DNA from: a virus
Taxonomy: Duplodnaviria; Caudoviricetes
DNA: 28,796 nt
Virus record (IMG/VR): IMGVR_UViG_3300006802_000389
Location: 1-28,796 of that record
Direction: 5' to 3' (one strand)
In this document: positions 7,735 through 16,934 of the stretch, one piece after another
Numbering within the stretch: position 1 is the first letter of the stretch
How the letters are laid out: every line of letters starts with the position of its first letter
Position numbers and translations under genes: made by a program
Notes under the pieces: generated by a model
What the model saw: only the letters and a program-made list of their open reading frames with translations
Databases searched by the model: none
What the model was told of the DNA's origin: nothing

Positions 7735-10431
7735 ATGGCAGGCGCTTCGATCGCCCTGGCACGCCGGCGAAGTGCTCAGCTGGCGGCGCAAGGGATCACC
7801 AAACCACCGGAGATCGTCGTCGAATCGCCGCATGTCCTGAAGGCGCGCGACAACTTCGGCTACTTCTGCGAGCTGATGGGCAAGCCGCCTGCCCGGCACA
7901 TGAAGGAATGGCATAAAGCTCTGGTTACGGGGCAGAGCAACGAGCACCTATCGGACGTAGCTGGCGCTAACACCGTGATCCTGAGCCCCAGGGGGCCATT
8001 GGATCCGGCGACCCCAGTCGCAACCCCGTCGGGCTGGCGAGCTCTGTCTGAGATTCGATCCGGTGATGCTGTCTACGCGGATGATGGCTCTGTAACTCGA
8101 GTCTTAGGGACTTGGGATTACCCGGAGACCGAGTGTTACGAAGTCACCTTTTCCGATGGGACAAAGGTTATTTGTGACGATAGTCATCGCTGGGACGTCA
8201 GGGCGTACGGTATCCGCGCAGAGGGTTGGCGGACTGTCACGCTTCAGGAGATAAGGTCATTCGTCCCTCTGCCTGGCAAGCCGCTCGCGAATGGTCAGCG
8301 CAGGGTGCGGCAAGCGCGTAATGGGGAGAGGCCGTGGATCGCCGGTCGGTCAAGGCCGCGCTACTGCGTGCCAATTGCTTCGCCTGCGGAGTATCCCGAG
8401 CAAAAGTTGCCGATCGACCCATACATTCTTGGAGTCCTGATTGGCGATGGATCCCTTGGGGACCCCGGGTTGGTTCGCTTTTTCAAGGATGAACCTGACA
8501 TGACGGATCGAGTGCAGAAGGCACTGCCCGACGCCTGTCGCTTGGTTGCGTTGTCTGGAAGGCGCGGAGATTGGATGATTGGGATCAAGCCTGAATATCA
8601 GGGCACTCGCGCTCGTAAGGGGCAGACGAATAACCCTGTCCTGCAAGCGCTGCGACTTCTAGGGCTCTCGGGTAAGGGTTCATGTGAGAAGTTCATCCCT
8701 CGGCAGTATCTGCATGGCTCTGTACGGCAGAGGGAAGCACTTTTGCAGGGGCTGATGGATACCGATGGTTGCGCGCGTCTTGGCTCGAGGCGATCTGGTG
8801 CGAGCTTCTCGACAACGTCGGAGCAGCTTCTGGAGGATGTCGCTGAACTGGTCAGGTCATTGGGAGGATTGGCAAAAATCAACGCCCCTCGGGAAGGCGG
8901 CTATACGTTGCCCAGTGGCGATCGCAAGCCGGCGCGGACGCTTTACGGGCTCAATGCCGTTCTGCCGCCTGGGGTAAGCCCGTTTTATATCGCTCGCAAG
9001 CGAGAACGCTATGGCACGGGCGAAGGCGCGCAGGGCGCTGGCGCGTTAGTAAGGGCGATTACAGACATCCGCTCGGTCGGTAGACGCCCTGTGCGGTGCA
9101 TCAGCATCGAGCATGAGAGCGAGCGCTTTATTGGTGGCTCTTATCTGAGCCTGAAGAATTCCGCAAAGTCGACAAGCGCAGCGCTGTTGCTGGCGTGGCT
9201 AATTGGCAGGCATGCGCTCTCAAGGAAACTGCTTCGAATTCTGTATGTCTCCTACAACCAGGACGTAGCCAGGGGCAAGAGTGCCGCGATCAAGCACCTG
9301 ATCTCTACCAAGGAATACCAGGAGATCTTCCCCTGCGTCAGGCTTTCAAAGGTCAGGACATCGGACGAGTTATGGAGTATCGACTGGGATTTTGCCGAAA
9401 TCGACGTCCGAGGTGAAGACGCGTTTACGATCGCGTGCGCAGGCCTCAAAGGTACGATCACGTCTAAGCGATCCAGCCTGGTTGTCGTGGACGATGCGAT
9501 CAAATCGTCGGCGAGTATCGCGAACCCACAGATTCGCGAGGAAATGACAAATAATTGGAATACGGTTATCGTCCCAACAATTTTCCAGGGCGGTCGCGTT
9601 ATCGCCCTGGGTACGCGCTTCCATTTCGACGACCTGTTCGCGACCACGTTTACCGAGCAGAAGGGCTGGAAGGTGATCACCCAGTCGGCGCTGAAGTACG
9701 ACGATGACGGCCGCCCGAAGTCCTACTGGCCGGAAATGTGGTCGACCAAGTACCTGCTCAAGCTGCAGCAGGACGACCGCATCGCCTTCTCGTACCAGTA
9801 CCTCAACCAGCCGGTGCGCTCCACCGAACTGGGGGTAAGCCCCGAGCTGTTCGTGCGCGGTGAAGTGCCCGACGTCTACGACATGGTCGGCGTTGGCATT
9901 GACCTCTCGGCGGGCATGAGCGAGCGCAACGACTGGACCGTGTTCACCCTGGCGGGGCGGGTCGATGACAAGTGCTATGTGATCGACTACCGGCGCATGC
10001 GCTCGATGGGCAACATCGAGAAGATCGAGGCCCTGTGCGAACTGCTGCTGGAGTGGAATCTGCTGGCGACCAATGAGCAGGGGCAGTATTTCCCGACCAA
10101 CTCACCGGTGACGATCTGGCCGGAGGTGGTGGCGTACCAGAAGAGCTTTGAGGGGGATCTCAAGCGGGTGCTGTTCAACGAGTGGGGCCTCTACAACCTC
10201 AATGTCTCGCCGGTCAAGGGATTCCGCGGTGACAAGCTGGCCAGGCTGCGCGGAATCTTGGGCCTGTTTCAGGCCAAGAAGATCATCTTCAACAAGTATC
10301 GCGACTTCAGTTGCATGATCAGCGAGATCACCAACTTCGGCCACAGCCCGCACGATGACTGTGCCGACAGCCTCAATATCGTGGTTCAAGGGCTCATGCG
10401 CCGCGGAGCCGCCCAGGTGGAGTGGACCTAA
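7735..10431 (+). CDS. terL: Terminase large subunit containing an intein (510 aa after splicing)
   Basis: Walker A rebuilt as ILSPRG|SAKST, Walker B VVVDD, LGTRFHFDD coupling motif, RNase H-like GIDLS...HDDCAD. Confidence 0.93.
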   Translation: MAGASIALARRRSAQLAAQGITKPPEIVVESPHVLKARDNFGYFCELMGKPPARHMKEWHKALVTGQSNEHLSDVAGANTVILSPRGPLDPATPVATPSGWRALSEIRSGDAVYADDGSVTRVLGTWDYPETECYEVTFSDGTKVICDDSHRWDVRAYGIRAEGWRTVTLQEIRSFVPLPGKPLANGQRRVRQARNGERPWIAGRSRPRYCVPIASPAEYPEQKLPIDPYILGVLIGDGSLGDPGLVRFFKDEPDMTDRVQKALPDACRLVALSGRRGDWMIGIKPEYQGTRARKGQTNNPVLQALRLLGLSGKGSCEKFIPRQYLHGSVRQREALLQGLMDTDGCARLGSRRSGASFSTTSEQLLEDVAELVRSLGGLAKINAPREGGYTLPSGDRKPARTLYGLNAVLPPGVSPFYIARKRERYGTGEGAQGAGALVRAITDIRSVGRRPVRCISIEHESERFIGGSYLSLKNSAKSTSAALLLAWLIGRHALSRKLLRILYVSYNQDVARGKSAAIKHLISTKEYQEIFPCVRLSKVRTSDELWSIDWDFAEIDVRGEDAFTIACAGLKGTITSKRSSLVVVDDAIKSSASIANPQIREEMTNNWNTVIVPTIFQGGRVIALGTRFHFDDLFATTFTEQKGWKVITQSALKYDDDGRPKSYWPEMWSTKYLLKLQQDDRIAFSYQYLNQPVRSTELGVSPELFVRGEVPDVYDMVGVGIDLSAGMSERNDWTVFTLAGRVDDKCYVIDYRRMRSMGNIEKIEALCELLLEWNLLATNEQGQYFPTNSPVTIWPEVVAYQKSFEGDLKRVLFNEWGLYNLNVSPVKGFRGDKLARLRGILGLFQAKKIIFNKYRDFSCMISEITNFGHSPHDDCADSLNIVVQGLMRRGAAQVEWT
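7996..9159 (+). mobile_element. Intein (388 aa, Pro1, class 3-like) with LAGLIDADG homing endonuclease
   Basis: Begins PLDPATPVATPSGW; block B CDDSHRW; ILGVLIGDG and LLQGLMDTDG motifs; block F VRCISI; ends LKN|S. Confidence 0.9.
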
Positions 10432-10440
10432 CATAGGCCT

Positions 10441-12654
10441 ATGAGCCAGCCCAAGACTGAGCGTTTCCGCCGCATTCTCGAGGCCGCCCGCAAGCGGGAC
10501 GGGAGCAGCGGAACTGACACGATGATCGTGAACTCGCATCTGACGCAGATGCGGATGTTCATGCTGCGCCAGGGGCTGGAGTTCTACCCGTCGCAGGACA
10601 CCTTTGGTTTCCGCAAGTCCTTCCTGGCTGCGCTGATCGAGGAGAACGAGATCGACGCACGTCTGGAGGGTATCATTGATGACTTCCTGATTGACGGCAA
10701 GGGTCTGTGGTATTTCCGGCCGGTGCGCGACAGCTACCGGCTGATGTGGTTCAGCAAGGACAACTACCGCGCCTACTACGACCCCGCCGGTGAGCTTGAG
10801 GAGGTGGAGCTGATCTATAGCTTCACGGTGCGCGACACCCTGGGCTCGGTCGGGGCGATGCCAAGCGACGGCGGCTCGATCCGCTACGTCAAGCTGCAGG
10901 TGCGGCGTGATGTGATCAAGGAGTCGATCACCACCGAGAAGCCGAGCTTTGAGGTCGGCATCCAGAGCCTGAACTACGCGCCGAACAGCACCCGCGCCCT
11001 GCGCAACAGCCTCGGCTTCATCCCGGCGGTGGAGGCGTTTAATACGATGCGCTCCACCGGCATGGATGCCACCGGGGAGTTCGACTGGCTAGCTGATCAC
11101 ATCGTCACCCACGACGATCTGGTTAAGAACATCCGCGCCAACATCACCTTCTACGGCAATCCGACGCTGGTCTCCAGTCGTCCCAAGCAGGACCTGGTGG
11201 AGTCGGGCGATGGCGAAGAGTTCCGGCCGACGATCAGCTCGCAGGCTGGGTTCTACGCCGCCAACCGTCCCTCGACGCGGGTGAGCATGCCGATGGGTGC
11301 TGGCGGCGGTGGTGGTGGCGTGAAGGTGCCGCGGATCATCGCCAACATCGAGGCGACCGATCGCGTGGCTTACATCACACCTGATGCGGTCAGCGGTGAT
11401 CAGAACCTCTATGCCCGTCAGTATCGCGAGGAGCTGCGCAATGCCCTCGGCGGCGTGGATGAGCTGGGGGTGAGCGCCGGCGCCACGGCCTACGAAATCA
11501 AGTCGCTGTTTGGCCGCGCGTCCACCACGGCATCGCGCAAGTGCCGCGGACTGCTGACCTACGGCCTGTGCAAGCTGCTGGGGCTGATCATCTACCAGGA
11601 GGAGCGGATCTTCCGCGAGTCGTTTGCTGCCGCGATCGGCCTGGAGCCGCCGCCGCCGCCGATCCGCGAGGAGTTCCCCGATCAGGCGCAATTTGAGCAG
11701 GCGCTGGAGGTCTTTCGGCAGACGCGCCAGCAATTTGATGACGCGCTGGAGGCGAAGATTCGCGAGGCTGTTCAGAACCGCGAATTGCCGCCCGGTGTGG
11801 TCGGCTTGATCCCCGACGGCGACCGCCGCATTGAGTGGCGCTGGAAAGGGCCAGTCTTTGAGGAGTCCACGGAAGATATACTGAACTCAAGCATTGTCGT
11901 GCGCAACCTGCAGGAACTCGGTGTGAACAGCATCGAGGCCCTGAGGTATCTCTTCCCGGATAAAACCGACGAAGAGAGAAGCGCAATGCTCAGTGGCTAT
12001 CCATTCCGGATGGCGCAAGCCACGCAGCAAAGCATTGGCACCTTCCTGTCGCTGATCCAGAACATGCGACAGATCCCCCACCCGCAGGCTCCGGACCTCC
12101 CCCTGCTGGCGGACCCCAAGCTCGATCTGACGCCCTACGTCTACCGGGCTCTTGAATTCCTTAAGCGAGAGCTGACCTATGCAGGACAGTACAGCGATGG
12201 CGACGGCAGTGGCGACCCCGCAGCCCTCGATCCCATCCAGCGTGGCCGCGCCGACCGTGGCCTCCCCGCAGGCGACGCCGGCGGCCCCAGCTTCGTACCC
12301 GACGACTTCGGCTCCGGCTTATACCCCGGAAGCGCCGGTTTCGGTGCCTCAGGCCAACCCCTGGCAGGCGGCGTACCAGGGGCTCCTCGCCAGTTTGAAC
12401 GCGACGCAGCCCTCCCAGCCCCAGGCGTACGCCTCGCCGGCGACCCAACCGGTGGCCCCTACCCCGGCGGCTTACCAGCAGGCACCGGTGAGCTACCAGG
12501 CGGCTCCGTCCGTTATGGCGCCGCTGACCTCAACGTACCCACAAACGCAGGCCTATTCCCCGGCGATGCCGGCACAGGCCCCGAGCTACAGCAGCGAGTC
12601 GAGCGCAGCCGCGAGCGACGAGTATCTGCAAAACGTCAGCAGCGAAAGTCTTGA
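10441..12654 (+). CDS. Portal protein
   Basis: Large ORF directly after TerL, upstream of a scaffold-like gene; helical composition; low-complexity tail overlaps the next gene. Confidence 0.75.
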   Translation: MSQPKTERFRRILEAARKRDGSSGTDTMIVNSHLTQMRMFMLRQGLEFYPSQDTFGFRKSFLAALIEENEIDARLEGIIDDFLIDGKGLWYFRPVRDSYRLMWFSKDNYRAYYDPAGELEEVELIYSFTVRDTLGSVGAMPSDGGSIRYVKLQVRRDVIKESITTEKPSFEVGIQSLNYAPNSTRALRNSLGFIPAVEAFNTMRSTGMDATGEFDWLADHIVTHDDLVKNIRANITFYGNPTLVSSRPKQDLVESGDGEEFRPTISSQAGFYAANRPSTRVSMPMGAGGGGGGVKVPRIIANIEATDRVAYITPDAVSGDQNLYARQYREELRNALGGVDELGVSAGATAYEIKSLFGRASTTASRKCRGLLTYGLCKLLGLIIYQEERIFRESFAAAIGLEPPPPPIREEFPDQAQFEQALEVFRQTRQQFDDALEAKIREAVQNRELPPGVVGLIPDGDRRIEWRWKGPVFEESTEDILNSSIVVRNLQELGVNSIEALRYLFPDKTDEERSAMLSGYPFRMAQATQQSIGTFLSLIQNMRQIPHPQAPDLPLLADPKLDLTPYVYRALEFLKRELTYAGQYSDGDGSGDPAALDPIQRGRADRGLPAGDAGGPSFVPDDFGSGLYPGSAGFGASGQPLAGGVPGAPRQFERDAALPAPGVRLAGDPTGGPYPGGLPAGTGELPGGSVRYGAADLNVPTNAGLFPGDAGTGPELQQRVERSRERRVSAKRQQRKS

Positions 12655-13168
12655 GGTCCTGCAGCACTTCGGTGCCGAGGCCCCCGCTCTGCTGAACCGC
12701 TACGCCTGTGTCGTCGAGGACGCCCTGCTGGCTCAGGCCCGTCAGACCGCTGAGATCGCTGCCCAGCTGCAGACGATCCAGGGGCAGCTGGAGAACTCCC
12801 ACACGGTGATCAACGCCGCTGCGGAGGACAACGCCGCGTATCACACGCTGCTGACCCAGCCCGAGCTGCTGGCGAACTACGTCAACGACTTCTTCGGTCC
12901 CGAGGGTCCCTACCCGACGGAGACCGCCAACGATCGCCTCGCCGCTGAAGTGGCCGCCGGCGAGCAGCGTTTTGCTCCTCCTGCTCCGACCTATCAGCGC
13001 CCGCAGCTGGATATGCCCGCCCCCGACGTGCAGGCCGCCAGTGGTGGCGATGACTTCTGGGCGATGTTCTCCCAGCTGAGCGATCGCAACCCCGCCGCCG
13101 CCTGGCAGCTCCTCTCGCAGGCCAGTCCTGAGGCTCTGCGCAGCAAGGTGCTGGTCTCGGAAGGCTGA
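12179..13168 (+). CDS. Capsid scaffolding-like protein (start 12179 or 12197)
   Basis: Pro/Ala/Gln-rich N-half, coiled coil, short C-terminal helix; follows the portal. Confidence 0.65.
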   Translation: MQDSTAMATAVATPQPSIPSSVAAPTVASPQATPAAPASYPTTSAPAYTPEAPVSVPQANPWQAAYQGLLASLNATQPSQPQAYASPATQPVAPTPAAYQQAPVSYQAAPSVMAPLTSTYPQTQAYSPAMPAQAPSYSSESSAAASDEYLQNVSSESLEVLQHFGAEAPALLNRYACVVEDALLAQARQTAEIAAQLQTIQGQLENSHTVINAAAEDNAAYHTLLTQPELLANYVNDFFGPEGPYPTETANDRLAAEVAAGEQRFAPPAPTYQRPQLDMPAPDVQAASGGDDFWAMFSQLSDRNPAAAWQLLSQASPEALRSKVLVSEG

Positions 13169-13210
13169 TCCCTGCCGTTCTCATGCCCCCGCCATGCGGG
13201 GGTACTTCCT

Positions 13211-13543
13211 ATGACCCGACCGACCGTTCCGCCCGGCGGCATGCCGGCCTATTTCAACCCCGAGGCCCAGGGCCTTATTGCGGGCCCGACGCAGCTGCAG
13301 CTGCAGCAGGCGATGCAGCAGCAGGCCGCCAAGGCGGGCGCCATGGCCCCAGCCACGCAGGCGCAAGCCCTGTCGGGCCTCCGTGGGGCTGCTACCGCCC
13401 AGCAGTCGCTGGCGGCGACCACGCTGCAAAAGCACAAGGCCGCGGTGCTTGCCTTGTCTGGCGGGCAACTGCCTGGCTACCAAGGTGTGTTGGCAATGGG
13501 TGCTGGCACCGCCGATGGGATTGCAGCCGCAATCGGCATGTAA
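13211..13543 (+). CDS. Hypothetical Ala/Gln-rich protein
   Basis: 110 aa ORF filling the gap, codon bias. Confidence 0.65.
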   Translation: MTRPTVPPGGMPAYFNPEAQGLIAGPTQLQLQQAMQQQAAKAGAMAPATQAQALSGLRGAATAQQSLAATTLQKHKAAVLALSGGQLPGYQGVLAMGAGTADGIAAAIGM

Positions 13544-13590
13544 TCAAGCGAATTGCTGTCGCTAGATTGGGTCTACTGCGGAAAACGTGA

Positions 13591-13905
13591 ATGCGTTTGG
13601 CCGGTAGCCCCGGGATCTACAATGCCCTGGCTCGGCAGTTCACCGGCCAGGGCATTCCTCGTGGCGCCGCGCAGCATCTCGCCGCGGAGGTGTTGGTCGA
13701 TGGGAATGCCATCGAGTCCCAGACTGACGCGTTCTTTGATCTGTACGAGCTGCTGCGCTCCAAGGGTTACAGCGACACGGCGGCCCAGCATGTAGCCGTG
13801 GAGATGATGGAAGGGCGCGAGCCCATGGCCCAGTCCACACGCCGCTTTGCGGGCATTTATGGCGACGCATCCCCAGACGCTGACGAGCGCGGCGTCTTTG
13901 ATTGA
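13591..13905 (+). CDS. Hypothetical protein with internal duplication (G....AAQH.A.E twice)
   Basis: TAGATT at 13563; GIPRGAAQHLAAE and GYSDTAAQHVAVE. Confidence 0.7.
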   Translation: MRLAGSPGIYNALARQFTGQGIPRGAAQHLAAEVLVDGNAIESQTDAFFDLYELLRSKGYSDTAAQHVAVEMMEGREPMAQSTRRFAGIYGDASPDADERGVFD

Positions 13906-15025
13906 GCGCTTCGAGGGGATTGAGGAGGAGGCCTACCTCGATCCGATCGGCGTACCAACGATCTGCGCGGGTATCACCCGCTATCCCAGCGGCGATCCCG
14001 TGCGGATGGGTGATGTCTGCGATGCACGGATCTGCCGCACGATGCTGGAGGACCTGCTGAGCAAGCAGTACATCCCCGTCCTGGAGACGATTCCGGGCTG
14101 GGGTGCATTCGGGGCCAGGCGCCAGGCGGTGCTGCTCAGCTTTGCCTGGAATCTGGGGGCCAAGTTCTATGGCGCGCCGGGCTTTGAAACCATCACGGGC
14201 GTGCTGCGCGACGGCGCGCGGCGGCCTGAGGTCTATCAGCAGATGGCCCAGGCCCTGGCGCTGTACGTCAAGGCGGGCGGCCGCACGCTGCCGGGCCTGG
14301 TGGAGCGCCGCCGCCAGGAAGCCGAACTCTGGAATCAGGAGGACAGCGGAACCATGAAATTCATCGCCCAGCAGGACACGCTGCTCAAGAAAGCCCCGAT
14401 TGATGGCCGCTACCTCTCAGAGGCCGGCAAGTACCCGATCAGCAAGGGCGCAATGCTGGCGGTCAGCCGGGTCGAGGAGATCCCCGCCGACAGCCATGTC
14501 TGGTTCACGCTCAACGGCGAGGGCGAGCGCTGGGCGGCGTACATGCCGCACTGGCTCGAGGAGCAAGCCAAGCCCGCCCCGCAGAAGCCGGCCAGTGTCA
14601 ACTGGAGCGACTTTGCCGCCCCGGCCGGCAAGTACATCACCGTTGGCGAGGTGCTGCAGTACGACGCGCGCCGCAAGCCCGCATCTGGCAGCGCGGAGGA
14701 GAAGGCCATCCTGGCGATCTGCAAGGAGTTCGACGCAATCCGCGAGGCCTGGTCGGGGCCGCTTGGTGTCACCAGCGGCTACCGGCCGGAGCCGATCAAT
14801 AGCCAGGTGGGCGGAGTGCCGGGCAGTTATCACGTCAAGGGGATGGCCCTGGACATCTACCCGATCGGTGAATCCCTGCAGAAATTCCACCAGTGGCTTG
14901 TGCAGCGCTGGAGCGGCGGCTATGGCGATGGCAGGCCCAAGGGGTTCATCCATATCGATACGCGCAACGGAGGTAAATTCTGCCCCCGCGCAGGCGTTTC
15001 TCCTGCAGCGGTTTGGGATTATTGA
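13859..15025 (+). CDS. Multidomain endolysin: GH24 lysozyme + linker domain + peptidase M15 (Zn D-Ala-D-Ala type)
   Basis: E-x8-D-x5-T (FEGIEEEAYLDPIGVPT), LPGLVERRRQEA; SGYRP, SYHVKGMALD, FIHID. Confidence 0.88.
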   Translation: MATHPQTLTSAASLIERFEGIEEEAYLDPIGVPTICAGITRYPSGDPVRMGDVCDARICRTMLEDLLSKQYIPVLETIPGWGAFGARRQAVLLSFAWNLGAKFYGAPGFETITGVLRDGARRPEVYQQMAQALALYVKAGGRTLPGLVERRRQEAELWNQEDSGTMKFIAQQDTLLKKAPIDGRYLSEAGKYPISKGAMLAVSRVEEIPADSHVWFTLNGEGERWAAYMPHWLEEQAKPAPQKPASVNWSDFAAPAGKYITVGEVLQYDARRKPASGSAEEKAILAICKEFDAIREAWSGPLGVTSGYRPEPINSQVGGVPGSYHVKGMALDIYPIGESLQKFHQWLVQRWSGGYGDGRPKGFIHIDTRNGGKFCPRAGVSPAAVWDY

Positions 15026-15070
15026 GCCTCGTTAGACTTGATTGATCGCACCTAGATCGGACTGGCTGAC

Positions 15071-15523
15071 ATGGCGGTCATCGACAAAATCAACCGCAAG
15101 GGCATCAACAGCAAGCGTGTTGTCACTGGCCCCGCTCAGCTGATTGGCCCGCGATCTGGTGATAACAAGTCGGACTTCTCGACCCTTAGCGGGATTCGCG
15201 GCACTGTTGACAAGTATGAGATCAACAATGCGGGCACCGGGACCAGTCTCGGCTCCTACACAATTACGCTGAGCCCCTTCAGTGAAAGCGGTTTTACGGC
15301 GAGCCATCGCGAAGTCGGTGACATCGCCGTTATCAAGCAAGCTGGAGGCATCGCAACGCCCAGCGCCGCGCTGACGTGCCTTGGTCGCAAGCGTCCCGCT
15401 AATGGACGCTCGTCTGTCGCCCTCGGACCGTTTTCGCTGGCAGCGGGTGATCGACTGTGGGTGGTCGTCGAGCGGTTGGGACACTCCTCAACGAAGTACC
15501 AGCTAACCGTTGATCTGGCCTGA
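15071..15523 (+). CDS. Hypothetical beta-rich protein
   Basis: 150 aa ORF after TAGACT at 15033. Confidence 0.7.
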   Translation: MAVIDKINRKGINSKRVVTGPAQLIGPRSGDNKSDFSTLSGIRGTVDKYEINNAGTGTSLGSYTITLSPFSESGFTASHREVGDIAVIKQAGGIATPSAALTCLGRKRPANGRSSVALGPFSLAAGDRLWVVVERLGHSSTKYQLTVDLA

Positions 15524-15658
15524 TCAGCCCTTGCCTTGGCCGCGACGCGCTTTGCGACCGTGGCTGGGCTTGCTGCGTCGACCATTGCCCTGGCGTGTCG
15601 TCTTCTCCACGGGCTCTTTGTGGATGACGTTAGTTGGGGACTTCTTCACCTTTGCCAT
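15524..15658 (-). CDS. 44 aa basic protein MAKVKKSPTNVIHKEPVEKTTRQGNGRRSKPSHGRKARRGQGKG (below ORF-track cutoff)
   Basis: Read manually; TGATG-coupled to 15658-16074; KTT.QG.G...RGQG resembles small cyanophage basic proteins. Confidence 0.8.
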   Translation of the reverse strand: MAKVKKSPTNVIHKEPVEKTTRQGNGRRSKPSHGRKARRGQGKG

Positions 15659-16074
15659 CAGACCAGGCGGATTGCCAGCGCGCCGGCGTTGAACTGAACG
15701 GTGTCACCGGCGACGACGTCAACGGCGGTGGTCAGCTGACCGGATGCCAGGAAATTGCCGGCAGTCACGGCATCCCACACTCCGAAGTAGGTGACAGTCG
15801 CACCACCAGAGGCGTTGGTAGTGATTTGCACCGAGTTATTGTTGGTCACCTGGAAGCCCCCGCCTGTAGCGGAGCCGACGGTGCTCAAGGTGCTCGTGGC
15901 GACAGTCGTGCGGTTGGCGCTACCGGTCACGGTTAGCTGCACGTTATTGGCGGTACCGGCGGTCCCGGGATCGCCATTATGCAGGCTGATGTAGACGTTA
16001 GAGAGCGCGGTGGGGAAGGTCGTTCCCTTGATCCAGACCAGAATTTTGTCGGCTAGATACTGAGAAAACGCCAT
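15658..16074 (-). CDS. Virion structural / tail-associated protein
   Basis: YISLHNGDPG...VTYFGVWDA.TAGNFL..G.L....V.AGD...F.AG.L family pattern; TAGAAT on the minus strand at 16107-16112. Confidence 0.75.
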   Translation of the reverse strand: MAFSQYLADKILVWIKGTTFPTALSNVYISLHNGDPGTAGTANNVQLTVTGSANRTTVATSTLSTVGSATGGGFQVTNNNSVQITTNASGGATVTYFGVWDAVTAGNFLASGQLTTAVDVVAGDTVQFNAGALAIRLV

Positions 16075-16130
16075 ACCCGATTGGGAGCGAATGACACGAT
16101 TGCATCATTCTAGAAATCAGATTTCCGTGC

Positions 16131-16934
16131 TCAATAGCCGTAGCCGCCGCCATAGGGCGCCTCGCTGCTCAAGGTGCCTGTGGTGGCATCAGAGCCCCCT
16201 GCGGCGCCTGTCACTTTCCACGTCATCTTTAAGCGGCCGTCAAGGAAGAGTCGCCCCACTGCCGCCCCGCGCAAAATGGCCAGTGACAGCGTCGGCACGG
16301 CGGTACCCATGACCGCCGAGTTGGCAAGTCGCTTGATTTTGTTCGGGTTCAGAAGGGTTCCCTCGGGCAGGCCGTCACCGCGGGCGGCGCCGGCGATTTT
16401 GGCCAGAGGGAAGCGTCCGCTAGGGCTGAAAGCTCCGGATGCCGCGCCACTCAGCAAGGCGTAACGCCCAACGAACACGGAGATGGCGTACTCCAAGCGC
16501 TGCCATTGGTTACTGGAGACGGTGATGTAGTACACACCTCCAGGCATCCGCGCAAGGGACTCGTCAGTATCGGTGTTGTGGATATCGTTCTGAAATGCGT
16601 AGCCGTCATCGCTGAGCTGCACCTGGCGCCGCTCGCTATCCAGGACGCCAACGCGGATGTATTTGTCGGTCCAGCTACCGGTACCGCGCTTGATCACCCT
16701 TAGCTCGAGTTCGCGTGGAAGGGTGACCTTAAAAAAGAGCGTGTTGGCGCCGCCTTCTGCGCCGAGGTCCCCTGAAAGATCCGCAATCAGGATCTCGCCG
16801 CTACCAAGATCGCGTGACTTGCTGACAGCGTTGTATTTAACGTAGTACGGACGCAGGAATGAAGGAAGCGTGGAATCGCTGCCGCCGTAGCTCTGGCGCA
16901 GGCTGTTCCAGGTATCGGACTGGGCGACGGCCAT
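16131..16934 (-). CDS. Hypothetical beta-rich (PPC-like) probable structural protein
   Basis: ATG 16934 coupled to upstream TAA; MPGGVYYITVS motif. Confidence 0.7.
   Translation of the reverse strand: MAVAQSDTWNSLRQSYGGSDSTLPSFLRPYYVKYNAVSKSRDLGSGEILIADLSGDLGAEGGANTLFFKVTLPRELELRVIKRGTGSWTDKYIRVGVLDSERRQVQLSDDGYAFQNDIHNTDTDESLARMPGGVYYITVSSNQWQRLEYAISVFVGRYALLSGAASGAFSPSGRFPLAKIAGAARGDGLPEGTLLNPNKIKRLANSAVMGTAVPTLSLAILRGAAVGRLFLDGRLKMTWKVTGAAGGSDATTGTLSSEAPYGGGYGY

Noticed and set aside
6401-14953. Long antisense or alternate-frame ORFs (6401-7078, 11089-11733, 14400-15035, 14417-14953)
   Set aside because: Expected by-products of GC-rich codon bias over well-supported genes; no motifs or start signals
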